Program-made: the position numbers and the translations under genes
Assembly (NCBI GenBank): GCA_963843845.1
Contig: CAWJMB010000003.1
Coordinates: 128,001 to 192,000, forward strand
Direction: 5' to 3'
DNA from: an uncultured Gemmatimonadaceae bacterium
GTDB taxonomy: Bacteria; Gemmatimonadota; Gemmatimonadetes; Gemmatimonadales; Gemmatimonadaceae
DNA: 64,000 bases
The notes under the pieces: generated by a model
Database searches by the model: none
What the model was told of the DNA's origin: nothing
Seen by the model: the letters and a program-made list of their open reading frames with translations, nothing else
Part shown: positions 10,348 through 20,445 of the stretch, piece after piece
Position numbering within the stretch: position 1 is the stretch's first letter
How the letters are laid out: each line of letters starts with the position of its first letter

Positions 10348-10935
10348 ATGAGCGACCGCCTGTGGACCTCGGACGACCCCGACGTCTGGGCGGCGGCGCT
10401 CGCCCGCTACCCCGCGGTCGTCGGTCGGCAGGACGTCGCGCGCCTCGCCCCGCTCGACACGTGGTACCGCGACGAGCTCCCGGCCGCGATCGCTCGTCGC
10501 GAGCCCGCGCACGTCACGCACGAGGAGCTCGTGCGGGTCACCGAGTGGAAGATGGCGCGCGGCGTCTGGCGCGGGCGGAACCTCGCGCTCGTCCGAGGCA
10601 ACGCGCCCGACCGGGTCGTCGCGGTGAGCACCGGCGCGCTCGCCCGCGTCCCCGATCCGCGCGCTCCGATCGCGACGCTCGCGGAGCTCGACGGCGTCGG
10701 CCCGGCGACCGCGTCGGCGGTGGCCGCGGCGACGGCGCCCGAGGTCTACCCGTTCTTCGACGAGCTGGTCGCCGCGCAGGCGCCGGGCCTCGGCGCGGTG
10801 GCGTTCACCCTGGGCTACTACCTGCGCTACGCGACGGCGCTCCGCCAGCGCGCCATACGACTCGGCGCTCCGTGGACGCCGGTCGGCGTCGAGCGCGCAC
10901 TCTGGGCACACGCCGGCGGCAAGGCCGGGGCCTGA
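10348..10935 (+). CDS. Hypothetical protein with helix-hairpin-helix motif (DNA glycosylase-like)
   Basis: LVRVTEWKMARGVWR and LAELDGVGPATASAV (HhH), then YPFFDE. Confidence 0.6.
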   Translation: MSDRLWTSDDPDVWAAALARYPAVVGRQDVARLAPLDTWYRDELPAAIARREPAHVTHEELVRVTEWKMARGVWRGRNLALVRGNAPDRVVAVSTGALARVPDPRAPIATLAELDGVGPATASAVAAATAPEVYPFFDELVAAQAPGLGAVAFTLGYYLRYATALRQRAIRLGAPWTPVGVERALWAHAGGKAGA

Positions 10936-11081
10936 GCGGATTCTCATCGCTCGCGCACCGACTCACCGCCGCCGGGGCTCGCACGCTGCACGCGACGCGC
11001 GGCCGCGGACATACTTCGACCACCCAGCGCCCGGGCACCCGGGCCGGCCTGTTGGCCCCTCGATCGGAAAGACGGAGACGG

Positions 11082-11399
11082 ATGCTCGAGATCTTGCGCA
11101 AGGTCGCGCTGGTAGAGGGCGTCACCACGCTCGCGCTGTTCCTGGTGGCGATGCCGCTCAAGTACCTCGCCGGCTGGCCGGCGCTCGTGCCGCCGGTCGG
11201 CTGGGCGCACGGCATCGCCTTCGTCGTCTACGTGGCGGTCATGTGCGTCGCCTTCGTCCGGCACCGCGTCGGCCCCCTCGGCTGGCTGCGCACGGGCGGC
11301 GCCGCGTTGGTCCCCTTCGGCACCTTTCTCAACGACGCCTGGCTGCGGCGCCTGCAGGCGCACACCGCGCGAGACACCCGACGTCCGCGTGCTGCCTGA
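11082..11399 (+). CDS. DUF3817-family small membrane protein
   Basis: ALVEGVT...FLVAMPLKY...GWAHGIAF...ALVPFGTF. Confidence 0.85.
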   Translation: MLEILRKVALVEGVTTLALFLVAMPLKYLAGWPALVPPVGWAHGIAFVVYVAVMCVAFVRHRVGPLGWLRTGGAALVPFGTFLNDAWLRRLQAHTARDTRRPRAA

Positions 11400-11445
11400 C
11401 GACCCGCGTGCCGCCTGACGCGCCGCGACTCGGCTCCGGAGACGC

Positions 11446-13105
11446 CTAACGACCGCCGCGCGCGAGCGTCTCCGCGAAGCTCCGCGGCGGCGTGCCGCAC
11501 CGCGGCGGCTGCGACGGCCGCCCCGTCTGCGGATTCACCGGCGGCACGCGCCGGACGCGCGAGACCTGGACCGGATCCTCGGACGCCTGATACGCGAGCA
11601 TCGCGACGAGGATCGCGTTCCGCCGCACCGTCGCGAAGTCGATCTTGTCGTACGTGTCGCGGTTCGTGTGCCACGTGTAGTCGCCGTACGACCAGTCGGA
11701 CGACGTGAGGAAGAAGCCGGCGCGTCGCGGCAGGTGAACGCATCGCTGTCCGAGCTCTCGTCGTGCGCGTCGCCCGGGAGCGCCAGCACCGTGCCGCGCG
11801 TCACGTCCGCCGGCATGCGCGACATCCACCGCGCGAAGTGCGCCGCCGCGTCGACGAAGCCGTTCGTCTGCACCGTGTCGATCTCGCCGGTGCCGTTGTC
11901 CTGGTTGAACAGCGCCTGCAGGCCGCGCAGCACCTCGGGGTGATCCGCCGCGAACGCCGCCGAGCCGACGTCGCCCTGCTCCTCGCCGCTCCAGTGCCCC
12001 ACGAGGATCGTGCGTTTCGGCCGCGGGTAGACGGCCTTCAGGATGCGCATCGCCTCGAGCATCGTGAGCGTGCCGGTGCCGTTGTCGGTCGCGCCGCTCC
12101 CGCTGTCCCACGAGTCGAGGTGCGCCGAGAGCACGACGTACTCGTTCGGCAGCTCCGAGCCCGTGATCTCCGCGATCGTGTTCGACACCGGCGACTCGGT
12201 CGCGGCGAGTCGCGCGTCGGCGAACGCCTGCACGCGCGGACGCATGCCGCGCTCCGCGAGACGACTCAACAGGCCGTAATCCTCGCAGCTCACGTCGAAG
12301 TGCGGCACGCGCGTCGTGCGCGCCGCCTGGATCTTGTCGACGCCCCACCCGCGCGACCACGCGTTCGACAGGACCGCCGCGGCGCCCGCACGCTCGAGCG
12401 CGGTGACGATCGTGCGCGCCGTGTAGCCGCTCGACGCGAGACGCCCACGGAACTCGTTCGCCGCCGTATCGCGCGCGGCGCGTGTCGCCGCGACTTCGGC
12501 GGGCGGCGCCCACTGGTCCAGGTCGGCGTCCGGGCGGCAGCTCGGCTGCGCGAACGAGAGCAGCACGAGCCTGCCGCGCACGGTGCCCAACCATCGCGCG
12601 AACCCTGCGCTGTCACGCGTCTCCGCGGCGCGCGGGATCGCGACGACCTCGCCGGTCGTGCCGCCGGCCGGCGTCGCCGGACTCCACGCGAGCATCGTCG
12701 CCTCGAGCGTGCGCACGCGCGGGCTCACGAGCTCCAGCCGGCTCGGCCCGCGCGTCCAGTCGCGCCACGTGCCGTACCGCTCGTTGCGCGCCGACACCCC
12801 CACGCCGAGTAGGTGCGCACGAGCCACTCGTTCGCGGCGCGGTTGGCGGGCGAGCCGGTCAGCCGCGGTCCGATCGAGTCGACGAGCGCGCTCGCGAGTG
12901 GCACGAGCTGCGAGCGGCGCGTCCCCTCGTCGTAGAGGCGCGCGACGACCGAGTCGCCCGTCGGCGGCGTGACGGACAGCGGCAGGCGCAGCGTCGGCTG
13001 CGCGGCGGCCACCCGCGCCGATCCGAGCGAGACGGCGATGGCGACCACGATCGCGACGGCCCGTGCGACACGACCGTGCAGTGAGGGGAATACGCGTTGT
13101 GACAT
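11446..13105 (-). CDS. Secreted M28-family metallopeptidase, frameshifts near 12800 and 11720
   Basis: DSIGPRLTGSP, SAHLDSWD, GATDNGTG, WSGEEQG, NQDNGTG, TWHTNRDTYDK across three frames. Confidence 0.85.
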
Positions 13106-13152
13106 GCGCACGGACACGAGAGGAAGGATGCGGTGTTAAGCTCCATGGTAAT

Positions 13153-13533
13153 ATGCCTAACGACGTTCTTTCGCTCGTCCGTGGCGCCGAGGCCGTCGCC
13201 GCGTCGCTCGGGCACTTCGACCTGCACGACTCGGCGCTCGTCGCCGTCCGCATCGCGACCGACGCGGCGAACGTCCCCGGCATCGAGATCGAGTTCGAGC
13301 TCTCTGCCGGCGCCGCCGATCACCACATCACGCTCGCCGCGACCGACGTGAGCGACGTCTCCCTCGCCGACTTCGGCGCGGCGAACGTCGTCTCCGAGTA
13401 CACCATCGCGCCGGACGGCGTCGACGGCGACGGCCACGCGCTCGTGCGCGTCGCGTTCACCTGCGCGCCCGGCTGCGACCTCGACTTCCGCTGCCGCGAC
13501 CTCGCCGTGCGGCAGCGCGACGCGGCCGCCTGA
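13153..13533 (+). CDS. Putative Imm50-like immunity protein (orphan)
   Basis: 126 aa, acidic and beta-rich; LHDS..V.V.I, DVSLADFGAANVV, DFRC pattern recalls Imm50. Confidence 0.45.
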   Translation: MPNDVLSLVRGAEAVAASLGHFDLHDSALVAVRIATDAANVPGIEIEFELSAGAADHHITLAATDVSDVSLADFGAANVVSEYTIAPDGVDGDGHALVRVAFTCAPGCDLDFRCRDLAVRQRDAAA

Positions 13534-13592
13534 TCCGCGCGCTGCTCGCTCGCCAGCGCCTCGACGCCCGCCCCACCGCCTCCGGAGCTCTC

Positions 13593-14708
13593 ATGCGATC
13601 CGACGTTCGCCTCGCGGTAACCGCCGCGGCCATTGCCGCGCTCCTCACACTCTCCCCGGCTGGCGCGCAGACGCCGACGCAGCCGACGCGCCCCGCGCGC
13701 CGCACCGTTCCGATGGACCCGGCGCGCGCGGCGCAGCTCTACGTCAGCGACCGCTTCGAGGACCTGCCGCCGGCGAACGTCGAGCGCGACCGCGCCGACA
13801 AGGCGAAGACGGACAGCCTCTACGCGGCACACGCGCGCGGGGTGATGGAGTTCCGGAAGGTCACGTACAAGAGCAGCGCCGACGGCCTCGAGATCCCGGC
13901 GATGCTGTTCGCGCCGCTACAGAAGCGCGGCGCGCGCGGCCACGCGGCGCTGGTCTGGGTGCACGGCGGTGTGCACGGCAACTGGGACGAGGAGTACATC
14001 CCGTTCGTGAAAGACGCCGTACAGCGCGGCTACGTCGTCATCGCCCCCGACTACCGCGGCAGTACCGGCTACGGCGCCGACTTCTACAACGCGATCGACT
14101 ACGGCGGCCGCGAGGTCGACGACGCGATGACGGCCTACGACTACCTGAAGACGCTGCCGTACGTCGACCCCGAGCGGGTCGGCATGATGGGGTGGAGCCA
14201 CGGCGGGATGATCACGGCGCTCTCCGTCATGCGGAAGACGACGCCGTTCAAGGCCGGCGCGGCGATCGTCCCCGTCACGAACCTCGTCTTCCGACTCGGC
14301 TACAAGGGGCCGAGCTACGCGCGCTCGTTCGCCGCGGAGTCGACGATCAGAGGGCTCCCGTTCGAGAAGCCGGACGAGTACATCCGGCGCTCGCCGCTCT
14401 ATCACGTCGACGACCTGTCGGTGCCGATTCTCGTGCACGTCGCGACGAACGACACCGACGTCAACTTCGTCGAGAATCAACAGCTCGTCGACGCCCTGCG
14501 CGCACGCAAGCCGCTGCTGTCCGAGACGAAGATCTACGTCGATCCGCCGCCCGGCTCGCACGGCGGCGGCCACAGCTTCAGCCGCCGCGTGAACGCGACC
14601 ACCCACGAGCGCGACGACTCGCCCGAGCAGCGCGACTCGTGGAACCGGACGTGGGCGTTCTTCGAGTGGTGGCTGCGCCCGTATCAGGACGCGCCGAAGC
14701 GACCGTAG
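13593..14708 (+). CDS. Secreted S9-family (prolyl oligopeptidase-like) serine peptidase
   Basis: Signal peptide, VHGG, PDYRGSTGYG, nucleophile GWSHGG, catalytic Asp and His region (NDTDV, GGHSF). Confidence 0.9.
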   Translation: MRSDVRLAVTAAAIAALLTLSPAGAQTPTQPTRPARRTVPMDPARAAQLYVSDRFEDLPPANVERDRADKAKTDSLYAAHARGVMEFRKVTYKSSADGLEIPAMLFAPLQKRGARGHAALVWVHGGVHGNWDEEYIPFVKDAVQRGYVVIAPDYRGSTGYGADFYNAIDYGGREVDDAMTAYDYLKTLPYVDPERVGMMGWSHGGMITALSVMRKTTPFKAGAAIVPVTNLVFRLGYKGPSYARSFAAESTIRGLPFEKPDEYIRRSPLYHVDDLSVPILVHVATNDTDVNFVENQQLVDALRARKPLLSETKIYVDPPPGSHGGGHSFSRRVNATTHERDDSPEQRDSWNRTWAFFEWWLRPYQDAPKRP

Positions 14709-14720
14709 ACGAGCGCCTGG

Positions 14721-15155
14721 TTACGGCTTCTTCGGCTGTCGCACCACCTTCATCCCGCCGCCCATCGCGCCGTCGCCGATCTGCCACTGTCCCTGCAGCG
14801 GATCGGCGAACTTGATCTGCTGCGTGAGGTCGCCGTACTCCGTCGTCGAGACGACGGTGAGGACGTCGCCCTCGAGCTTCACCGCGTTCGCCTTCACGCT
14901 CGCGCCGAGGGTCAGGTGCGCGATCGTGGCGGTGTAGGTCGTGTCGTTCGCCTTCGTCACCGTGAGGGTGCCGCTGAACACCTGCCCCTGGGCCTCGATG
15001 GCCCAGTCGAAGACGCCGGTCGGGTCGACGGCGACGCGAGCGGCCGTCACGGGAACCGCTGGTGTGCGCGGCAGGGCGTCGGCGGTCGGCGCGGCGGCGA
15101 AAGCCGCGAGCAGGAAGCCCGCGAGGGCGGGGCGGCGGAGCGAGATCGTCGGCAT
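14721..15155 (-). CDS. Secreted hypothetical beta-rich protein
   Basis: Signal peptide, VDPTGVFDW...GTLTV; typical codon usage. Confidence 0.65.
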   Translation of the reverse strand: MPTISLRRPALAGFLLAAFAAAPTADALPRTPAVPVTAARVAVDPTGVFDWAIEAQGQVFSGTLTVTKANDTTYTATIAHLTLGASVKANAVKLEGDVLTVVSTTEYGDLTQQIKFADPLQGQWQIGDGAMGGGMKVVRQPKKP

Positions 15156-15213
15156 GGCAGGAACCCGTGAGAGGCGCCGGGGGAGGGAGGGGTACCCTGC
15201 CAATCTAGACCGA

Positions 15214-17229
15214 TCAGGCGGACACGGCGAGGGCCGGCGCGACCGCCGCCGGCCGCGGCTCGGCGACGAGTGCCGGGCCCGGCGCGAGATGCCCCGAGCA
15301 CTGATTCCGCCCGCCGCGCTTCGCCGCGTAGAGCGCGCGGTCCGCCACGCGCACGATCTCGTCCCAGCTCAGCGCCTCCGGGTGCTGCACGTCGAGCGGG
15401 AAGACGGCGTAGCCGATCGAGCAGGTGACGCGCAGCGTCGGACCGCCGGCCTCGCCGACCGGGACCGCCAGCCGTTCGACGACGCGCCGCAGTCGCTCGG
15501 CGTGCGCGGCCGTGTGGCTGCGGTCGGCGAAGCGGCCGAGGATCAGGAACTCCTCGCCCCCCCACCGCACGACCACGTCGGACCCGCGGCAGACGCGCTC
15601 GAGCGCGCGCGCCATCTCGACGAGCAGCCGGTCGCCGACCGCGTGCCCGTACGTGTCGTTCACCTGCTTGAAGTGGTCGATGTCGAGCAGCAGACAGGCG
15701 AGGTCCGCGTCCTCTGGCGCCGATCCCTGCTCGGCCGCCGAGCGGTGGCGGCGCAGCGAGCCGGCGACCTCGCCGGCGATGATCTGCTCGAGGTAGCGAC
15801 GGTTGCGAACGCCGGTGAGCGGGTCGGTCGTGCTCAGCGTCTCGGCGCGGCGCGTGCGCAGCACGCGCCGCCAGTACGCCACCAGCCCGGCGACGAGCAT
15901 CAGCGCGGCGGCGATGGCGAGCGTGTTGCGCTGCTCGGTGCGGTAGCTCGCCTCGACGCGCAGCAGCTGGACCTCGCGCTCGCGGCGCTCCTGCTCGACC
16001 TGCCGCCCGAGCGACGCGACGCGCCGCGAGGTCGCCTCGTCGAAGATCGAGTCGCCGACGGCGCGCACCCGCTTGAACGACGCGAGCGCCGCTGCGTGGC
16101 GCCCCGCGACGGCCTGCGCCTCGGAGAGCGCTTCCCAGGCGCGCAGCCGCAGGTCGCGCGACGTCGCCATCGTGCGGGCGATCGCGAGCGCTCGCTCCGC
16201 CGCTCGTTCCGCCGCCGCCGCGTCGCCGCGTGCCCGCTCGACCGCGGCGAGCGCGATGAGGTTCCGCGCGAGCAGCCCCTTGTCCTCGATCGCGCTGCCG
16301 AGTCGTACGGCCTCGGCGATCTCGCCGCGGGCGGGGGCGAGGCGGCCGAGCGCGAGGTACGCGAGGCCGACGTTGCGGTGCGCCTGCGCGACCGCCGACG
16401 GATCGGCGATCGTCTCACGGATGGCGAGCGACTCGCGGTGTGCGGCGAGCGCCTTCCTCGCGTCGCCGCGCGTCATGTGCAGGCTGCCGATGTTGTCGAG
16501 CGTCGCCGCGATGCGTGCCTTGAGCCCGAGCGCCCGGCGCATGGCGAGCGCGCGCTCGAAGAACACGAGCGCCTGGTCGGCGCGCCGCAGCCGCTCGTAG
16601 ACGATCCCGATGTTGTTCAGCGACAGCGCGATCGCCGTCGAGTCGCCGAGCCGTTCGCGGATGTGCAGCGCCTCGGCGTGCAGCTCGAGCGCGTGCTCGT
16701 ACTCCGCGAGGTCCGACCCGTAGACGAAGCCCAGGTTGTTGAGCGACGTCGCGACGTCCGTCAGGGTGCCCGACGCGCGCTGGATCTCGAGCGCGCGGCC
16801 GAATAGGGCGATCGCCGCGTCGGGGTCGCCGCGCCGCTGGGCGATCGTGCCGAGGTTGCTGAGCGCCCGCGCCTCCTCGGCGCGCGCGCCGGCCGCGGCG
16901 GCGACGTCGCGCCCCCGCTCGGCGTACGCGACGGCGGAGTCGTAGCGCGACATCGTCATGTACGCCCACCCCATCTCGGCGAGCGTCGCGGCGCGCGTCG
17001 CGGGGTCGGGGAGCGCGTCGAGCAGCACGAGCGCGTCGCGGCCGTAGGCGAGCGCGCGCACCGGCTGATCGCTCTCGAGCGCCCGCACGAGCTGGGCGAG
17101 CGTGCGCGCCCGCTCCGACCCCATGACGGACGGGAGGCGAGCCTCGAGCGCGCCCGCGCTCTGTGCCTGGGCGGGCATCGCGAGCGCGGCACACCATCCC
17201 ACGACGGCGATCCACCGGAAGAGCGTCAC
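15214..17229 (-). CDS. TPR-repeat sensor diguanylate cyclase
   Basis: Signal peptide, TPR repeats (SLNNLG, SLNNIG), TM helix, TDPLTG, DIDHFKQVNDTYGH, RWGGEEF. Confidence 0.92.
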   Translation of the reverse strand: MTLFRWIAVVGWCAALAMPAQAQSAGALEARLPSVMGSERARTLAQLVRALESDQPVRALAYGRDALVLLDALPDPATRAATLAEMGWAYMTMSRYDSAVAYAERGRDVAAAAGARAEEARALSNLGTIAQRRGDPDAAIALFGRALEIQRASGTLTDVATSLNNLGFVYGSDLAEYEHALELHAEALHIRERLGDSTAIALSLNNIGIVYERLRRADQALVFFERALAMRRALGLKARIAATLDNIGSLHMTRGDARKALAAHRESLAIRETIADPSAVAQAHRNVGLAYLALGRLAPARGEIAEAVRLGSAIEDKGLLARNLIALAAVERARGDAAAAERAAERALAIARTMATSRDLRLRAWEALSEAQAVAGRHAAALASFKRVRAVGDSIFDEATSRRVASLGRQVEQERREREVQLLRVEASYRTEQRNTLAIAAALMLVAGLVAYWRRVLRTRRAETLSTTDPLTGVRNRRYLEQIIAGEVAGSLRRHRSAAEQGSAPEDADLACLLLDIDHFKQVNDTYGHAVGDRLLVEMARALERVCRGSDVVVRWGGEEFLILGRFADRSHTAAHAERLRRVVERLAVPVGEAGGPTLRVTCSIGYAVFPLDVQHPEALSWDEIVRVADRALYAAKRGGRNQCSGHLAPGPALVAEPRPAAVAPALAVSA

Positions 17230-17282
17230 GGTGGAGAGACGACCGAGCGAGTCCTACGTAATCGTCACGGACTGACCGCCGA

Positions 17283-17325
17283 GGATCGGGGATCGGGGCT
17301 CGTGAGGCACCCCGATCCCCGATCC
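17283..17325. terminator. Perfect 16-bp inverted repeat (terminator or REP-like hairpin)
   Basis: GGATCGGGGATCGGGG-11 nt-CCCCGATCCCCGATCC just downstream of the amidohydrolase stop; no clear U-tract. Confidence 0.6.
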
Positions 17326-17333
17326 CCCGGCAC

Positions 17334-19078
17334 TCACGGCACGTGATCCGGATCTGCCGCCGCGGCGCGGGCGGCCGCGGCGTCCTGCTGCGCCGCGGCG
17401 CGCGGGTTCGCGGCCCGCTGCGCCTTCTGCGTCTCGACCATCTTCGCCACGTCGGCCATCATCTGCTTCGCGTCGTAGACGATGCCGTCCTTGATCGTCC
17501 AGCGCACGCCGCCGACGCGCTCGGGCTGCCGCGTCGCGTCGTTCAGGCGCAGGGCGCCGTTGCCGTAGAGCACCTTGAGGTTCTGCAGCGGGTTCTGGTC
17601 GACGATCGCGAGGTCGGCGAGCATGCCGGGCCGCACGACACCGAACTCGATCGCCTTGCCGGTCGGCTTCGCGATCGTCTCGGCGCCGCTCATCGTCGCC
17701 GCGCGGATGACCTCGAGCGGGTGGAAGCCGGCCTCCTGCAACAGCTCCATCTCCTCGATCGTGCCGAAGCCCGGCGTGCTGTAGATGAAGCCCGCGTCCG
17801 AGCCCGTGGTGACGCGCCCACCCATGTTCTTGTAGTCCTGGACGAACATCATCCAGACGCGGTAGAAGTTGCGCCACGCGACCTCGTCGGCCGTCGTCCA
17901 GTCGTACCAGTACGAGCCGTGGTTCGTGCGGCTCGGCGAGTAGTACGCCATGAGCGACGGCAGCGTGTACTTGTCGTGCCACGGCGCGTACATGTGGTGA
18001 ATGACGTCACGCCCCGTGAGGTAGATGCTGAACGTCGGGTCGAGCGTCACGTCGCGCTCGCGCAGCCGCTTGAGGAAGCCGTTCCACTTCTCGCTGCGCG
18101 GCGTCACCATCGACCACTGCCGCGCGACCTGGCCGAAGCGGCTCTGCTCGTCGTTGTAGTTCATGTCGATCGGCCACGTCTGCACCGTCGAGCTGTCGTA
18201 CATGCTCTCGAACAGCCCGTAGAAGTGCGTGACGGCGCCGAGCCCGAGCCGCGTCGCCTCGTCCGCGTTCATCTGCGCGACGCCCGTCTGCTGCAGGTGC
18301 GCCGTCGAGCCGAGGCCGAGCTTCTTCGCCTCGTCGAGCAGCGCCGCCATGAGGTCCGGCCGCTCGGCGCCGAGCTTGAGGCCGTCGCCGCCGTTGCGGG
18401 CGAGCCAGCGCACCCACTCGCGCGCCTGCTCCGGCGTCGTGACGGCGCCGCGCCCCACCCGGTCCCGGGGCGCTGGTAGACGACGTAGCGCGGCGCGGCG
18501 ATCTCGTTCTTCGCGCTGCGCTCCTTCTCGTGCATGCCGTACTCGAAGCTCGCGAACGGCACGCCGCGCACGGTCGTGACGCCGTGGCCGAGCCAGAGCT
18601 TGTTGTAGTACTCGGACTCGGGAGCCTTCTGCGTCGTGCCCTGGTGCACGTGCAGGTCGACGATCCCCGGCATGACGTACATCCCCTTCGCGTCGATCTC
18701 GCGGTCGCCGGCGCGCGGACGGCGCGTCGACGAGTCGAACGGCACGCCCGGCGTGCCGACGTTCGAGATCTCGGCGATGCGGTTCCCCTCGATGACGATG
18801 TCGACCGGTCCGCGCGGCGGACCGCCGGTGCCGTCGATCAGCGTCGCGCCGCGCACGATGAGGCGCTTGTAGGGACCGCCGCCGTCCGTCTTGCGGTCGG
18901 GGGCGTAGCGCGGGTCCTCGCGGCGCTCCGCGGCCACGAGGCGCGCGGCGGTGGTGTCGGGAGCGCCGGCGGTGCCGTTCGGCGCGTTGGTGCGCGGGCG
19001 CTGCGGCTGCTGAGCGCCGACCGCGGCGCTCAGCGTGAGGGTCGCGAGCGCGACGTACGCGGGTGAGGCGATGCGCAT
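17334..19078 (-). CDS. Secreted amidohydrolase-family protein, frameshift near 18460
   Basis: ATLIDGTG, PGIVDLHVH, GVTTVR, GSDAG, PGMLADLAIVDQNPL. Confidence 0.85.
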
Positions 19079-19080
19079 GC

Positions 19081-20436
19081 TCACTGGCCGCAGGCGGGTT
19101 GGGCGTTCGCGACGTTCGGGTTCGTCTGTCGCTCGACGTCGGCGATCGGAAGCTGCGAGCCCGGGCAGACGATCGTCTCGGCCTGCGCGGACCACTGCGG
19201 GTCGATGATCCCGAAGCGGTACATGTCGTTCAGCCGCCGCCCCTGGAGATAGAGGTTCACGCGGCGCTCGTGGATGAGGATCTCGCGCGCCGTCGGCTGT
19301 CCGGCGGCGCCGGTCCACGCGGGGAGCTGGTTCAGGGCGCGGAGGGCATTGATCTGCGTCGTGAACGTCGCGAGGTCGTTCTTCGCGAGCGCCACCTCGG
19401 CGGCGACGAGCCGCATGTCGCGCGAGCTCGTCACGATGAGCGTGGTCAGCAGATTGCCGGTGATGAACTCGTTCATCAGGCCGGTGAGCGCCGGGTCGGG
19501 GGCGTTCGTGATCGGGTCGCGCAGGTTCACCGTGAGGACGCGCGACGTCGCGTTGTAGCTGCCGTAGACCGGGTTGAACAGGATCTCGCGGCGCGAATTC
19601 GCGCACGACGGCAGGAAGCAGTTGCCGTACGACATCCCGGCGACGACCATCAGCGGCAGCCGCCCGTCGGAGCCGAGGAGCGCGAGCGAGGCGACGGCGT
19701 CGTCCGCGGCGAGCTGATCGCCGACGAGCGGATCCGCCGGGATGCGCCCCGACGGGTTGAGCTTCTGCCAGATCGCCTTGTCGAAGCGCGCGCGCGAGCG
19801 CACGGCGAGCAGCTGGCCGCGAAGCAGCGAGTTCGTCGTCGGTGCGACCGCGAGCCCGCGCGTCGTCGCCGCGACGGCCGAGTCGTAGAGCGTCACCATG
19901 TTCGTCGGGCCCACCGAGGGCCCGGCGTCGCGCTCCGACGACGCGATCACGAAGTCGTCGAAGTGGTTCGCGAGGTAGTCGTAGGTGACCGCGGCGTAGA
20001 GGTTCGCGAGCGCGAGCTGCCCGCGGTCGATCGGCGCGCCGTCGGCCACGAACTTCTCGAGCTGCTTCACCGTCCGGTTGGCCGAGAAGCGCGCCGTGCT
20101 CATCCCGGTCGTCGCGTCGATGATGAACTCGTTGTACGGGTCGCGCACGAAGCCGCGGTTCAGGCGGTCCATGCCGTCGAGCGACCCGAACCACGACATC
20201 TCGTCGCTCGCGGTGACGATGTGGCCGACGAGCTGGGTGGCGCCGCGCGTGAGCGACGCGAGCACGCCGTTCACCTGGTTCGGTGCCGACGCCGGGTTCG
20301 TGAGCGCTTCGGCGTTGACGTTGTTCGGGTTGTCGACTTCGAGAATGTTGCCGCACGCCGCGGCGCCCGCGGCGGTGATGGCCGCCGCGGCGACGAGCGC
20401 GGCGCGGCGGAGGGGGGTGTTAGGCACGGTCGTCAC
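19081..20436 (-). CDS. SusD/RagB-like outer-membrane lipoprotein
   Basis: Lipobox AAAC, LEVDNPN, LIHERRVNLYLQGRRLNDMYRF, LPIADVERQTNPN. Confidence 0.85.
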   Translation of the reverse strand: MTTVPNTPLRRAALVAAAAITAAGAAACGNILEVDNPNNVNAEALTNPASAPNQVNGVLASLTRGATQLVGHIVTASDEMSWFGSLDGMDRLNRGFVRDPYNEFIIDATTGMSTARFSANRTVKQLEKFVADGAPIDRGQLALANLYAAVTYDYLANHFDDFVIASSERDAGPSVGPTNMVTLYDSAVAATTRGLAVAPTTNSLLRGQLLAVRSRARFDKAIWQKLNPSGRIPADPLVGDQLAADDAVASLALLGSDGRLPLMVVAGMSYGNCFLPSCANSRREILFNPVYGSYNATSRVLTVNLRDPITNAPDPALTGLMNEFITGNLLTTLIVTSSRDMRLVAAEVALAKNDLATFTTQINALRALNQLPAWTGAAGQPTAREILIHERRVNLYLQGRRLNDMYRFGIIDPQWSAQAETIVCPGSQLPIADVERQTNPNVANAQPACGQ

Positions 20437-20445
20437 GATTGCTCC

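Noticed and set aside
6277..10947. 1556-aa ORF as one giant protein
   Set aside because: Only 6277-8307 looks coding; the rest is antisense or off-frame to the YczE, cyclophilin and HhH genes, an effect of high GC
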